Source: Candidatus Yanofskybacteria bacterium CG10_big_fil_rev_8_21_14_0_10_36_16 (lineage in GTDB: Bacteria > Patescibacteriota > Minisyncoccia > 2-02-FULL-40-12 > IGHO2-01-FULL-4-A). Taken from it: a stretch of DNA of 64,000 bases. Where the stretch lies: contig PCXQ01000001.1 of assembly GCA_002794035.1 (NCBI GenBank), positions 3,256-67,255 on the forward strand. The letters run 5' to 3'. A program made the translations under genes and the position numbers. Shown piece by piece: positions 9,798 to 18,808 of this stretch (the first letter of the stretch is position 1; the number at the start of each line of letters is the position of its first letter). The notes beneath the pieces are model-generated. The model did not search any database. It saw only the letters and a program-made list of their open reading frames with translations, and was not told the DNA's origin.

Positions 9798-10946
9798 TTA
9801 ATCTAATTCTTCCGCTAGTTCTTCCACCAATTTCTTTGCTTTTTTATTTAATTTATTGGGCATTTTTATATTTACTTTGACTATCTGGTCACCGGCTCTA
9901 TACCCTCCAAATCCTGATTGGCCATAAATTCCCAAACCTTTTAGGCGTATTTCTTGACCATCGTGGGTCCCAGGTTCTATTTTAATTTTTGATTTGCCAT
10001 CAATTGTAGGAACGGTAGTTTCTGTGCCAAGAAGAGCGTCCGTTAGTTTGAGTGGCATTTCGTATAGGATATCATTGCCTACGCGTTTAAAGTTTTCATC
10101 GGTGGTTGCATTAATGTGTAAATATAGATCTCCTGCTGAAGCACCTCTCAATCCTGCTTGGCCGGCACCTTTAACTGCCAATACTTCGCCGTTTTTGATA
10201 CCTGCAGGAATATTTATTTCCAAGACTTGTTTTTCTTTGTTTTTACCTGTGCCTTTGCAATGAGGACATTTTTCTTTTGGTATTTTGCCGCTACCCTGAC
10301 ATGCCTCGCATGCGGTGACTCTTATAAAGTTGCCAAAAAATGAGCCGGTAGATTCCTTTACTTGCCCTCTTCCTTTACATGTTGGACACTCATCCAAGGG
10401 CGTGCCTTTTTTGGCGCCCAACCCGTCACATTCTTTGCATGCTATATCTTTTTTTATTTCTATTTTTTTAAGTCCACCTCTTGCTATATCGTAAAAACTA
10501 ACCGATAGATTTACGTGAATATCTTCTCCTCGGCCTGCTTGTTGCCTGCTTCCTCTTTGACGAAATCCAAAAGCATCTCCGAACATGTCAAAGATATCAT
10601 CAAAATCAACATTTTGATATTGCCTGTCCTGAGACCCTCCGAAGGGTTGACCTCCCTGAGCGCCTCTGAAGAAATCGCTAAAATCGCCTTGTCTGAAGTC
10701 GAAACCGCCAAAACCTCCTCCACCCCCAGGTTGGCCTCCTTCGTTGAATGTAGAGCCAAATTTATCGTATTGGGAGCGTTTTTGAGGGTTAGACAAGACT
10801 TGATAGGCCTCATTTACCTCTTTGAACTTTTTTTCGTCTCCGCCCTTCTTGTCAGGATGATATTTGTGGGCCATTTTTCTGTATGCCTTCTTTATTTCAT
10901 CCTGAGAAGCGGACCTGTCTATGTCTAGTATTTTGTAGTAATCCAT
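9798..10946 (-). CDS. dnaJ: Chaperone DnaJ
   Basis: 382 aa. J domain with HPD, G/F-rich region, four CxxCxGxG zinc-finger repeats. Confidence 0.95.
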   Translation of the reverse strand: MDYYKILDIDRSASQDEIKKAYRKMAHKYHPDKKGGDEKKFKEVNEAYQVLSNPQKRSQYDKFGSTFNEGGQPGGGGGFGGFDFRQGDFSDFFRGAQGGQPFGGSQDRQYQNVDFDDIFDMFGDAFGFRQRGSRQQAGRGEDIHVNLSVSFYDIARGGLKKIEIKKDIACKECDGLGAKKGTPLDECPTCKGRGQVKESTGSFFGNFIRVTACEACQGSGKIPKEKCPHCKGTGKNKEKQVLEINIPAGIKNGEVLAVKGAGQAGLRGASAGDLYLHINATTDENFKRVGNDILYEMPLKLTDALLGTETTVPTIDGKSKIKIEPGTHDGQEIRLKGLGIYGQSGFGGYRAGDQIVKVNIKMPNKLNKKAKKLVEELAEELD

Positions 10947-11054
10947 GTTTTAAATTTCTAATTTCTCTCCCTACGGGAGATCTGCCGTAGGCATGATAAT
11001 TTTTAATTTCAAATACAATACGAAATTTTTAATTTTAAAATTTTGTTTTTTTAT

Positions 11055-11185
11055 TATCTAAAAATCCAAAGTCCAAAACCCAAAGCCCAAACCAGTATTG
11101 AAATCCAAAACGTTATTATGCCTTTTGGATTTTGTTTATTTTTAGATTTGGTTGGGATTTTGGATTTTAGATTTTGGATTTTCTA
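11055..11185. repeat. Long imperfect palindrome built of CCAAA / TTTGG units
   Basis: aaaatccaaagtccaaaacccaaagcccaaacc ... ggttgggattttggattttagattttggatttt, immediately upstream of dnaJ. Confidence 0.6.
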
Positions 11186-11971
11186 AAACTCTAACTGTTC
11201 TGCTTCAATTTGCACTATTTTGATTTTTGCTAGGCCGGTTCGTTTTGCCAGCCACACCCAAAACATGGTGATTGGTATTGTAAGCCACACGAATATAAAA
11301 CTCAATCCTTCAAGAACAAGAAATAAACCAAATGCTAAAATTGGAGGCATAAATTGGAAGTATGGCCCAACAAATTCTATGAACTGGTTTGTTACCTGCG
11401 TTATTAGTTGGTTTAGTGCCGATTCTCTTTCTTCTTCAGGCAACTCTCTTATTTCATCTCCCAAAAAAGTGCTTACAGTTCTTTCTATCACTTCATTTAC
11501 TGTGGGAGGAAGTTCTTTATTTGCTGCCTGGCTTTGTATTTTGGGGCTAAAGTAATATCCAAAAGATATCATAATAAAAAGAGGCATCATAACAATCGGC
11601 AACCCTCTTCTCATGATAAGGTGGGTATTTACTACATTTCTTTGTTCTTCCTCGTCTTTGATGATTTTGCCCGCATATAAATGGACCAAAAGGGATAACC
11701 CAACACCTATAAAGAAAAAGTAATTAAAGCCGAAAACTAAGAAAAATGGCAATACAACTGCAAGGGATATCCCTAGTCTTTCAAGGGACTTTCTCATTAA
11801 AAGAAAAGACATAGCTACTAGAGACGACAATACGAGGAGTCCCACTAGAGGTTGAATCCAAGCTTCAGCAACAGCAAAAAGAGATGAACCATAAAGCCAG
11901 GGTTTTGTAACAGCCCAAAACCAAGTAGATAGCGCAAGAATTATTATAAGTGTAATTGGTTTTTTATACAT
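11183..11971 (-). CDS. Polytopic membrane protein, unknown function
   Basis: 262 aa with several hydrophobic helices. No recognisable motif. Confidence 0.55.
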   Translation of the reverse strand: MYKKPITLIIILALSTWFWAVTKPWLYGSSLFAVAEAWIQPLVGLLVLSSLVAMSFLLMRKSLERLGISLAVVLPFFLVFGFNYFFFIGVGLSLLVHLYAGKIIKDEEEQRNVVNTHLIMRRGLPIVMMPLFIMISFGYYFSPKIQSQAANKELPPTVNEVIERTVSTFLGDEIRELPEEERESALNQLITQVTNQFIEFVGPYFQFMPPILAFGLFLVLEGLSFIFVWLTIPITMFWVWLAKRTGLAKIKIVQIEAEQLEF

Positions 11972-12111
11972 GCTTATATTTTAACACAATTTAATTTTTG
12001 CAGCTTCAACAATTACAACATTTTTATCAGCATCAGCGCCTTTATCGGTGAGTATGGTTTATAACATCCCAGCCCCGCCGAAGCAGAGCTGGGATGTTAG
12101 GGTTTTTTGTT

Positions 12112-14052
12112 TTATTCATTTTCTTGCCCTGGGTTTGTTTGTGGTGAGGAATCAGAATCTGTCGAAGGGTTTTCTTCTTTTGATGTTTTGGTTTCCTTAT
12201 TGCCTTCTGCCTCGCCATTTTTGGGCTCGGCATCTCCGGCACTTCCAGCACCTCCGGCATACATTGCTTGGCCTACTTTTTGAACTGATTGTGATAATTC
12301 TTCTGTAGTTTTTTTGATTTCATCTGTGTTATCGCTGTCCTTTGCTTTCTTTAGGGCCTCAATTTTTTCTTCAATTTCTTTTTTGTCTTCTTCTTTTAAT
12401 TTGTCGCCTGCGTCTTTAAGGGCTTTTTCAGACGAGTAAATCAAAGTTTCGGCCATATTTTTTGTTTCAACTGCTTCTTTTTTCTTTTTATCTTCCTCTG
12501 CGTGTTTTGCTGCTTCTTCTGTCATTCTTTTCTTTTCTTCATCAGTTAAACCTGATGAACCTTCAATCTTTATTGATTGTTCTTTGCCTGTGGCTTTGTC
12601 CTTTGCTTTTACGTTTAGTATTCCGTTGGCATCAATATCAAAGGATACTTCAATTTGAGGAACGCCACGAGGTGCTGGAGGAATACCGTCAAGAATAAAC
12701 CTACCTAAGGTTTTGTTATCAGCAGACATTGGTCGTTCACCTTGCAAGACGTGTATTTCAACAGACGGCTGATTGTCAGCGGCAGTTGAATAGGTTTGTG
12801 TTTTTGAAGTCGGCACAGTGGTGTTTTTCTCTATCATTCTTGTCATCACACCGCCCAATGTTTCAATACCAAGTGATAAAGGCGTAACATCAAGCAAAAG
12901 TACGTCTTTGACATCACCTTGCATAATTCCTCCTTGAATAGCTGCTCCCATTGCCACAACTTCATCAGGATTAATATCTTTGTGGGGCTCTTTGCCAAAA
13001 AGTTCTCTTACAGCACTAACTATTGCAGGCATTCTGGTTTGTCCCCCAACAAGTATCACTTCGTTAATATCTGATGGTTTAAATCCAGCGTCTTCAATTA
13101 CTTTATTGGTAATATCAATTGATTTTTTAATATGCCCCTCAACTAATGATTCAAGCTTTGCTCTTGTGAAATTAATGTTAAAATGCTTGGGTCCTGATGA
13201 ATCAGCAGTCAAGAAAGGTATATTGACGTCGCTTTGGTTTGTGGTTGATAGTTCGTGCTTGGCTTTTTCTGCAGCATCTTTTAAGCGCTGTAGAGCCATT
13301 TGGTCTTTTGAGACATCGATTCCTTGGTCTTTTTTAAATTCTTCAGCAAAATAATCAATTATGTGCTGATCAAAGTCATCTCCCCCAAGGTGAGTATCGC
13401 CTCCTGTTGATTTTACTTCTATTGTGTCTTCAGATACTTCAAGCACGGAAACGTCGAAAGTTCCTCCACCAAAGTCGTAAACAACTATTTTTTCATCTTT
13501 TTTCTTGTTAAAACCGTAAGCTAAAGCAGCGGCTGTTGGCTCGTTGATTACCCTTTTTACTTTAAGGCCTGCAATTTCGCCCGCATCTTTTGTGGCTTTT
13601 CTTTGAGAGTCGTCAAAGTATGCCGGTACAGTAATAATGGCTTCTTCTATTTTTTCACCTAGTTTGTCTTCGGCATCTGCTTTTAATTTTTGCAAAATCA
13701 TAGCTGATATTTCAGCAGGCTTGTAGTTTTTGTCAGCCATTTTTATTTCTACTGCACCATGAGAACCCTCATGGATGTCATAAGGTAATGTTTTCTTGTC
13801 ATGTTGGACTTCGGGGTCTGAAAATCTGCGTCCAATAAGGCGCTTGGCAGAAAATATAGTGTTAGTAGGATTTGTTACCGCCTGTCTTTTTGCTGTAATT
13901 CCTGCATAACGATCTCCGTTCTTACCTATGGCTACTATTGAAGGCGTTGTTCTCATGCCTTCCTTGTTTTCTAAAATTCTTGGCTGGCCTGCGTCTACTA
14001 TAGCCATGGCGCTGTTTGTTGTTCCTAGGTCTATTCCTAATATCTTGGGCAT
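12112..14052 (-). CDS. dnaK: Chaperone DnaK (Hsp70)
   Basis: 646 aa. [24 protein letters not shown]-type motifs. Long acidic/Lys-rich C-terminal tail. Confidence 0.97.
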   Translation of the reverse strand: MPKILGIDLGTTNSAMAIVDAGQPRILENKEGMRTTPSIVAIGKNGDRYAGITAKRQAVTNPTNTIFSAKRLIGRRFSDPEVQHDKKTLPYDIHEGSHGAVEIKMADKNYKPAEISAMILQKLKADAEDKLGEKIEEAIITVPAYFDDSQRKATKDAGEIAGLKVKRVINEPTAAALAYGFNKKKDEKIVVYDFGGGTFDVSVLEVSEDTIEVKSTGGDTHLGGDDFDQHIIDYFAEEFKKDQGIDVSKDQMALQRLKDAAEKAKHELSTTNQSDVNIPFLTADSSGPKHFNINFTRAKLESLVEGHIKKSIDITNKVIEDAGFKPSDINEVILVGGQTRMPAIVSAVRELFGKEPHKDINPDEVVAMGAAIQGGIMQGDVKDVLLLDVTPLSLGIETLGGVMTRMIEKNTTVPTSKTQTYSTAADNQPSVEIHVLQGERPMSADNKTLGRFILDGIPPAPRGVPQIEVSFDIDANGILNVKAKDKATGKEQSIKIEGSSGLTDEEKKRMTEEAAKHAEEDKKKKEAVETKNMAETLIYSSEKALKDAGDKLKEEDKKEIEEKIEALKKAKDSDNTDEIKKTTEELSQSVQKVGQAMYAGGAGSAGDAEPKNGEAEGNKETKTSKEENPSTDSDSSPQTNPGQENE

Positions 14053-14256
14053 ATGTTTTAAAAACTTCTTTATGTGGCGGACTAAATCCTTGTCCGCGAC
14101 GCAATTTCAGAAAGTTTTTTTGTTTAGTTTTTTGTTTAAGAAAGAGTCCCCTGCGGACGATGCTATACCATCCGCAGAAACTCTTTCCTTTGTTGACAAA
14201 TAATAGTTTTGGGGGTATTCTATAGTTAGTTATCCAAACAGAAGGAGTGTGCACCT

Positions 14257-14436
14257 ATGGGTTTAATGATCAATTCAGTGCTGGGTTCTTTTATTGCCGG
14301 CTATGCTTTTCATGGCTTGTTGGAAGCTATTTCTAGCACTGCCACTGCTTGGTATTCTATTGGTTTAATAATTGGTTTGTTTTATATGGTCATTAACATT
14401 TACTTATTTCATTGTCAGCAATTAAGTTTGGATTAA
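14257..14436 (+). CDS. Small hydrophobic protein (59 aa), below the ORF-track cutoff
   Basis: TTGACA-like -35 at 14194, AAGGAG RBS about 9 nt before ATG 14257. MGLMINSVLGSFIAGYAF...; two predicted TM helices. Confidence 0.45.
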   Translation: MGLMINSVLGSFIAGYAFHGLLEAISSTATAWYSIGLIIGLFYMVINIYLFHCQQLSLD

Positions 14437-14534
14437 CTATTTAATGGCTCGGTCCGGCAATATAGCTGGCCCGGGTTTTTTTATTTACAGATTTTTTCCT
14501 TGTTATTGGTTACTAATTTTTAAAACCAAAGATT

Positions 14535-14963
14535 TTATTTAACTTCTACGTCTATTTTTTTAGGTTCCTTAACCTCTGCCTTTGGAACCACAATTTTTAA
14601 TACTCCATCTTCGTGAGTTGCCTTAACCTCGGTTTCCTTTATTCCTGCAGGTAGAGAAATTGCTCTTGAGAAGTGGCCTCTCCTAATCTCTTTTCGGTAA
14701 TAATTTTTGCCCTCTTTTTCCTCTTCTTGTTCTGATCCGCCTTCAATTCTCAATACCCCATCTTCTACAGAAATGTTTACTTTGTCTGCTTCTGATTTTG
14801 GGATTTGTAGTTCTACAACAATATTGTTGTCTTTTTCATAGACATCTATTGCCGGCGCCCAATGTCTTTTTACTGCCGGCCAGAAGTTGAGGGGCGTAAC
14901 ATCATCCCAGTCGTCAAACAATCTTTCCATTTCTTTGAAGGGATCATATTTTATGATGGACAT
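14535..14963 (-). CDS. Small heat shock protein (Hsp20/alpha-crystallin)
   Basis: 142 aa. Alpha-crystallin domain (PAIDVYEKDN..., GVLKIVVPK). Confidence 0.9.
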   Translation of the reverse strand: MSIIKYDPFKEMERLFDDWDDVTPLNFWPAVKRHWAPAIDVYEKDNNIVVELQIPKSEADKVNISVEDGVLRIEGGSEQEEEKEGKNYYRKEIRRGHFSRAISLPAGIKETEVKATHEDGVLKIVVPKAEVKEPKKIDVEVK

Positions 14964-15049
14964 AAATTATATACTCATCACATGTCTTCGATACCAACCA
15001 CGCTCAAGGTGTTTGATAGAAGCCAGATGATAAGTGTTATGTTTTAAGG

Positions 15050-15175
15050 TCAAAACTCAAAATTCAAAATCTCAACTAAACCCAAATATTTAAAATTCAA
15101 ATACAGGAAAGCTTAACTTTAGTTTTGGATTTAAATATTGGTTTGGATTTTGGGCTTTGGATTTAGGATTTTTTA
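15050..15175. repeat. Second CCAAA / TTTGG palindromic array
   Basis: caaaactcaaaattcaaaatctcaactaaacccaaa ... tttggatttaaatattggtttggattttgggctttggattt, upstream of hsp20 and downstream of grpE. Confidence 0.55.
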
Positions 15176-15209
15176 AAGATAATTTAATTAAGATAACTTT
15201 TTTTCTAAT

Positions 15210-15686
15210 CTACTTGCTTATTCTTACTTTTGCTGCCCTTATTATTTTTCCTCCTATTTCATATCCCGGCTGAACTTCTTCAACGACTGTGCCAGATTTT
15301 CCTCCTTCAGATTCGCCTATCGACTCATGTCTTAAGGGATCAAAATCTTCACCAATTGTTTCAATCTTTGTGACGCCATTTTTACTTAGAAAACTTATAA
15401 ATTTGCTTTTTATGTTTTCAAGACCTGTTACCCATTCACTGTTTTCATCCCGCACTTTCTCAGGCAAATGACTAAGGGCAATATCAAATTCATCTATAAA
15501 TGATACAAGCTGGATGACCAAGTCTTCGTTTGCAAACTTTATAGCTGATTCAATTCTGCTGGACTCTTCTTTTTTGTAATTTAAAAGGTCAGCTTGGGCT
15601 CTTTTCCAACCGCCAAGATATTCCCCAGCTTGTTTTTCGCATTCCTCAAGTTTTTTTTGGTTTTTTTGAATTTCCTTTTCAGACAT
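15210..15686 (-). CDS. grpE: Nucleotide exchange factor GrpE
   Basis: 158 aa. RAQADLLNYKKE coiled coil and C-terminal beta domain (FDPLRHESI). Confidence 0.9.
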   Translation of the reverse strand: MSEKEIQKNQKKLEECEKQAGEYLGGWKRAQADLLNYKKEESSRIESAIKFANEDLVIQLVSFIDEFDIALSHLPEKVRDENSEWVTGLENIKSKFISFLSKNGVTKIETIGEDFDPLRHESIGESEGGKSGTVVEEVQPGYEIGGKIIRAAKVRISK

Positions 15687-15692
15687 AATTTT

Positions 15693-16487
15693 TTATTCCA
15701 ACAGTAATGGTCTATTAGCTGTTAGGTTTAAATATTTTGTTGCAAATTTTACAAGGCCTAAGTTTCTTTCATAATCCATTCTCATAGGTCCTACTAGAGT
15801 TAGTGATCCTATATAGTTTTGTGGCAAGAGATATCTGCTAATAATCACTGTTTCCCCGGACATTTCCTCTAGAGGGTTTTCTTTTCCTATTAGAATTTTT
15901 ATATCTTTTCCAATATCCCCTGTCCCTACGCGTATGGTCGGTATTATGTTTTCTGAACCAAATATTTCTCCGGCCATTTTTTCAAAAATTTCGTCAAATT
16001 CATCAAAAAAACTTGTAATATTAAATATCCTGTCTATTTCTCTAAATTCGGGTAATGACATTAGTGCTGAAATTCCCGTTTTGTGAAATTCATTTTTTCC
16101 GATAATGCCAGTCATTATCATGTTGCCCGAAAGTCCCGAGAGAACTTTAGCTAACGCCTTATTTATATCGGATGGGTTGTTGAAATTTTTTTCTAGCTCT
16201 TCCTGAATTAATTCAGCTTCATTAATATCTATGCGTGGTGTGTTCTGTATTATATTATCTACAAAATATCTGAAGGCTTTGTGAGTGGGCACTCTGCCTG
16301 AAGATGTGTGGGGGTGTGTTAGATACCCAAGATCTTCAAGGTCATGCATATCTGCCCTAATAGTTGCGGAACTTACGCCAAGATTACCTCTGTTTTCAAG
16401 AAGCTTAGAACCTACAGGTTCAGCTGTTTGGGTGTATTCACGTATAATTGTTGACAATATTGCCTCTTGGCGTCCTGTTAAATCCAT
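15693..16487 (-). CDS. hrcA: Heat-inducible transcription repressor HrcA (short form)
   Basis: 264 aa. N-terminal winged helix (RQEAILSTIIREYTQTAEPVGSKLL). 6 nt upstream of grpE. Confidence 0.9.
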   Translation of the reverse strand: MDLTGRQEAILSTIIREYTQTAEPVGSKLLENRGNLGVSSATIRADMHDLEDLGYLTHPHTSSGRVPTHKAFRYFVDNIIQNTPRIDINEAELIQEELEKNFNNPSDINKALAKVLSGLSGNMIMTGIIGKNEFHKTGISALMSLPEFREIDRIFNITSFFDEFDEIFEKMAGEIFGSENIIPTIRVGTGDIGKDIKILIGKENPLEEMSGETVIISRYLLPQNYIGSLTLVGPMRMDYERNLGLVKFATKYLNLTANRPLLLE

Positions 16488-16493
16488 AAAAAC

Positions 16494-16668
16494 AAATCAT
16501 CGCTTTCGCAGGAAGTCCCCTACACAAATGGGCTTATCCTGCTCAAGTCTAAGAAGGTTAGCTCAATTTCTTTGTTAGTCACTCCGGTACTCCCTCAACG
16601 TATTATATATATGCTTCGGTTCGTTCCTCGTGCCCGCCTCGAACTTGAGCAAACGATGATTTTTTTGT
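16494..16668. repeat. MITE-like palindromic element in the hrcA upstream region
   Basis: Ends aaatcatcg...tgctcaag (left) and cttgagcaaacgatgattt (right) are inverted copies. Interior carries gggcttatcctgctcaag, shared with the 7.3 kb locus. Confidence 0.5.
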
Positions 16669-16689
16669 TATATTCCTATTATATTACTG

Positions 16690-16716
16690 TTAGCACTCTC
16701 AAGTCAAGAGTGCTAA
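16690..16716. promoter_or_regulatory. CIRCE operator (HrcA binding site)
   Basis: Perfect TTAGCACTC-N9-GAGTGCTAA, about 200 nt upstream of hrcA-grpE. Confidence 0.9.
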
Positions 16717-16794
16717 TTTCATTATATACAGACGTTAAAATAATGCAAGGGGTTTCATATAAATAAAAACCCCGCTGTTGCGAGGTTGCGTTGT

Positions 16795-17139
16795 TTAATA
16801 ACGGCCTATTGAGAATTCTTCTATATATTTCATTAAATAATCCGATGCTGTAATTTGTTTTGATCGAAGTTCTGGGCAAAATTCTTTTACTCTCCTATCT
16901 ATGTGTTCACATGTTGGTATTAATTTTTTAAGTTCTTCCTGAACTGAATAATTTTCATCGTCAGTACAAACATCGTCTATTCTTTCTTTCAAGTCAAAAT
17001 ATTCGAATACAACTTGCAGTTTTCTTTCCAAAACCCGAACTTCATTATACAAAAAGAATATTGCTAATATTCCGATTGCTATGATGATTCCGAGGCTCAT
17101 GATCACCTCCTTGTAGGTGTGCTTGTTTAAAATTAACAA
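16795..17139 (-). CDS. Hypothetical membrane-anchored protein
   Basis: 114 aa with one N-terminal TM helix. No motif recognised. Confidence 0.45.
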   Translation of the reverse strand: MLILNKHTYKEVIMSLGIIIAIGILAIFFLYNEVRVLERKLQVVFEYFDLKERIDDVCTDDENYSVQEELKKLIPTCEHIDRRVKEFCPELRSKQITASDYLMKYIEEFSIGRY

Positions 17140-17169
17140 AACGTTAATTAACTTGCAATAAAAAAGGGC

Positions 17170-17454
17170 TTATTGCCCTTTTGGATATACTTCTACAGGG
17201 TACCAATTCTTCCCTATAACAGGATGACATACCTTACAATCACAGCATTGATATAGATCCCTGGATAACTGATAGAATTGAATTGAACCACAGATACAGC
17301 CAAGCTTGTGTTCTTTAGGATGTCCTAATTCAGATTTCCATACCACATATACTTTTAAGGGCGAGGATACTTCGGTGTGGAAGCCTTTTACCATTTCTGG
17401 ATCGTCTAGTATGCGTTGCCATCCTTCATCTGGTTGTATTAGTGCAAAATTCAT
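17170..17454 (-). CDS. Hypothetical Cys-rich small protein
   Basis: 94 aa. CICG...CCDCKVCH cluster. Confidence 0.45.
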   Translation of the reverse strand: MNFALIQPDEGWQRILDDPEMVKGFHTEVSSPLKVYVVWKSELGHPKEHKLGCICGSIQFYQLSRDLYQCCDCKVCHPVIGKNWYPVEVYPKGQ

Positions 17455-17518
17455 TTTGTTATCCTTCTTGTTTTTATATGTACTGACTAAAAAGTATCAA
17501 AATGGTAAAATAATATCA

Positions 17519-18796
17519 ATGCATGACAAGTTTAAAAAATTCTGGAAGTCATTAGGTCCCGGATTAATTACGGGAGCATCAGATGATGATCCTTCGGGAA
17601 TCGCTACATATTCTATTGCAGGAGCAAAGTTCGGGCTGTCTGTTTTGTGGATGGCCATTTTTACGCTTCCGTTCATGATAACGATTCAGAGAATGGCGGG
17701 CCGAATTGGTCTTATTTCCGGCAAGGGCATAGCGGGTAATATGAAAAAACATTATCCACGTTTTGTCTTGGTGTCTGTGGCTTTGATGGCCGTTGCTCAA
17801 AATATAATAAATATAGGCGCAGATATTTCGGGCATGGCAGCCACCTTTGTGCTAACTGTTCCAATATCACCCCTGCTTTATTCTGTCATATTGGTTGCCG
17901 GTATCGTGCTTGCTTTGGTTTTTATCCCCTATTATAAATTAGCTTCATATTTAAAATGGGTTGCAATCGTTATGTTTTCATACGTTATGGCGGCATTTTT
18001 TGTTCAGCATGACTGGTCAGAGGTGTTTAAGAGAACTGTTATTCCAGAAATTCATTTTTCTAAAGATTACTTTCTTATGATTATAGCTATTTTGGGCACA
18101 ACTATTTCTCCCTATCTTTTCTTTTGGCAGGCATCTGAACAGGTAGAGGAAGAAAGAGTCCATGTAGATAAAAAGCTGTCTCCTAAGCATCAGCATCACA
18201 AGAGACACCCTTCAAACATAGTGGTTGGAAGAGAGATTAATGTTATGTATAAGGATATAAAGTCAGGAATGTTTTTCTCTAATTTAATAATGTTTTTTGT
18301 AATTGTTATGGCCGCGTCTACTTTATTTAATACAGGCCATTTTGAAGTTGAGACCATGGAACAGGTGGCATCAGTCTTAAAGCCTCTTGCTGGTCAATAT
18401 GCTAATATATTATTTTTGATAGGCATAACAGCGGCAGGTGTCTTAGCGATACCTGTTTTGGCAGGGTCAGCTGCATATGTAATGGCAGAAACATTTGGCT
18501 GGAAAGATGGCCTGAATCATAGGTTTGACAAGGCAAAAGCTTTTTATACGGTTATAGCTGGGTCAACTGTTTTGGGTTTATTGATTCCTGTTTTTGGTTT
18601 TGACCCCGTTAAAGCATTGTTCTATACTGCTATTTTGCATGGTATAACAGCGCCTTTTTTGATTTTTGCCATAATTCATATGGCAAATAACCCCAAAATT
18701 ATGGGTAAATATATAAATAGGCACAGATCTAATGTTGTGGGATATATTTTATTTTTAATTATGTCTGCTTCAACTATTTTGTTATTTTTCCTGTAG
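17519..18796 (+). CDS. NRAMP-related divalent metal cation transporter
   Basis: Start moved to MHDKFKKFW (the track ORF has a 71-codon upstream extension overlapping the minus-strand gene). GLITGASDDDPSGIATYS motif; about 11 TM helices. Confidence 0.8.
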   Translation: MHDKFKKFWKSLGPGLITGASDDDPSGIATYSIAGAKFGLSVLWMAIFTLPFMITIQRMAGRIGLISGKGIAGNMKKHYPRFVLVSVALMAVAQNIINIGADISGMAATFVLTVPISPLLYSVILVAGIVLALVFIPYYKLASYLKWVAIVMFSYVMAAFFVQHDWSEVFKRTVIPEIHFSKDYFLMIIAILGTTISPYLFFWQASEQVEEERVHVDKKLSPKHQHHKRHPSNIVVGREINVMYKDIKSGMFFSNLIMFFVIVMAASTLFNTGHFEVETMEQVASVLKPLAGQYANILFLIGITAAGVLAIPVLAGSAAYVMAETFGWKDGLNHRFDKAKAFYTVIAGSTVLGLLIPVFGFDPVKALFYTAILHGITAPFLIFAIIHMANNPKIMGKYINRHRSNVVGYILFLIMSASTILLFFL

Positions 18797-18808
18797 TTAT
18801 TTATAAAT

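Noticed and set aside
11055-11185. CCAAA/TTTGG arrays as a CRISPR array.
   Set aside because: There are no regular repeat-spacer units. The units are 5-10 nt, irregular and arranged as one long palindrome. No cas genes are in the window.
12062-12110. The hairpin aacatcccagc...gctgggatgtt as the dnaK terminator.
   Set aside because: The T-run follows the stem only on the plus strand, and dnaK is on the minus strand. It may still act bidirectionally, but I did not list it as a confident terminator.
17306-17518. 5' extensions of track ORFs: NRAMP from 17306, GT39 from 20359, DUF262 from 37657, membrane protein from 43851, secreted protein from 52911.
   Set aside because: The extensions overlap neighbouring genes on the other strand or the res gene and contain junk-like sequence. 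Internal Met codons give N-termini matching family or signal-peptide expectations and tight operon spacing.
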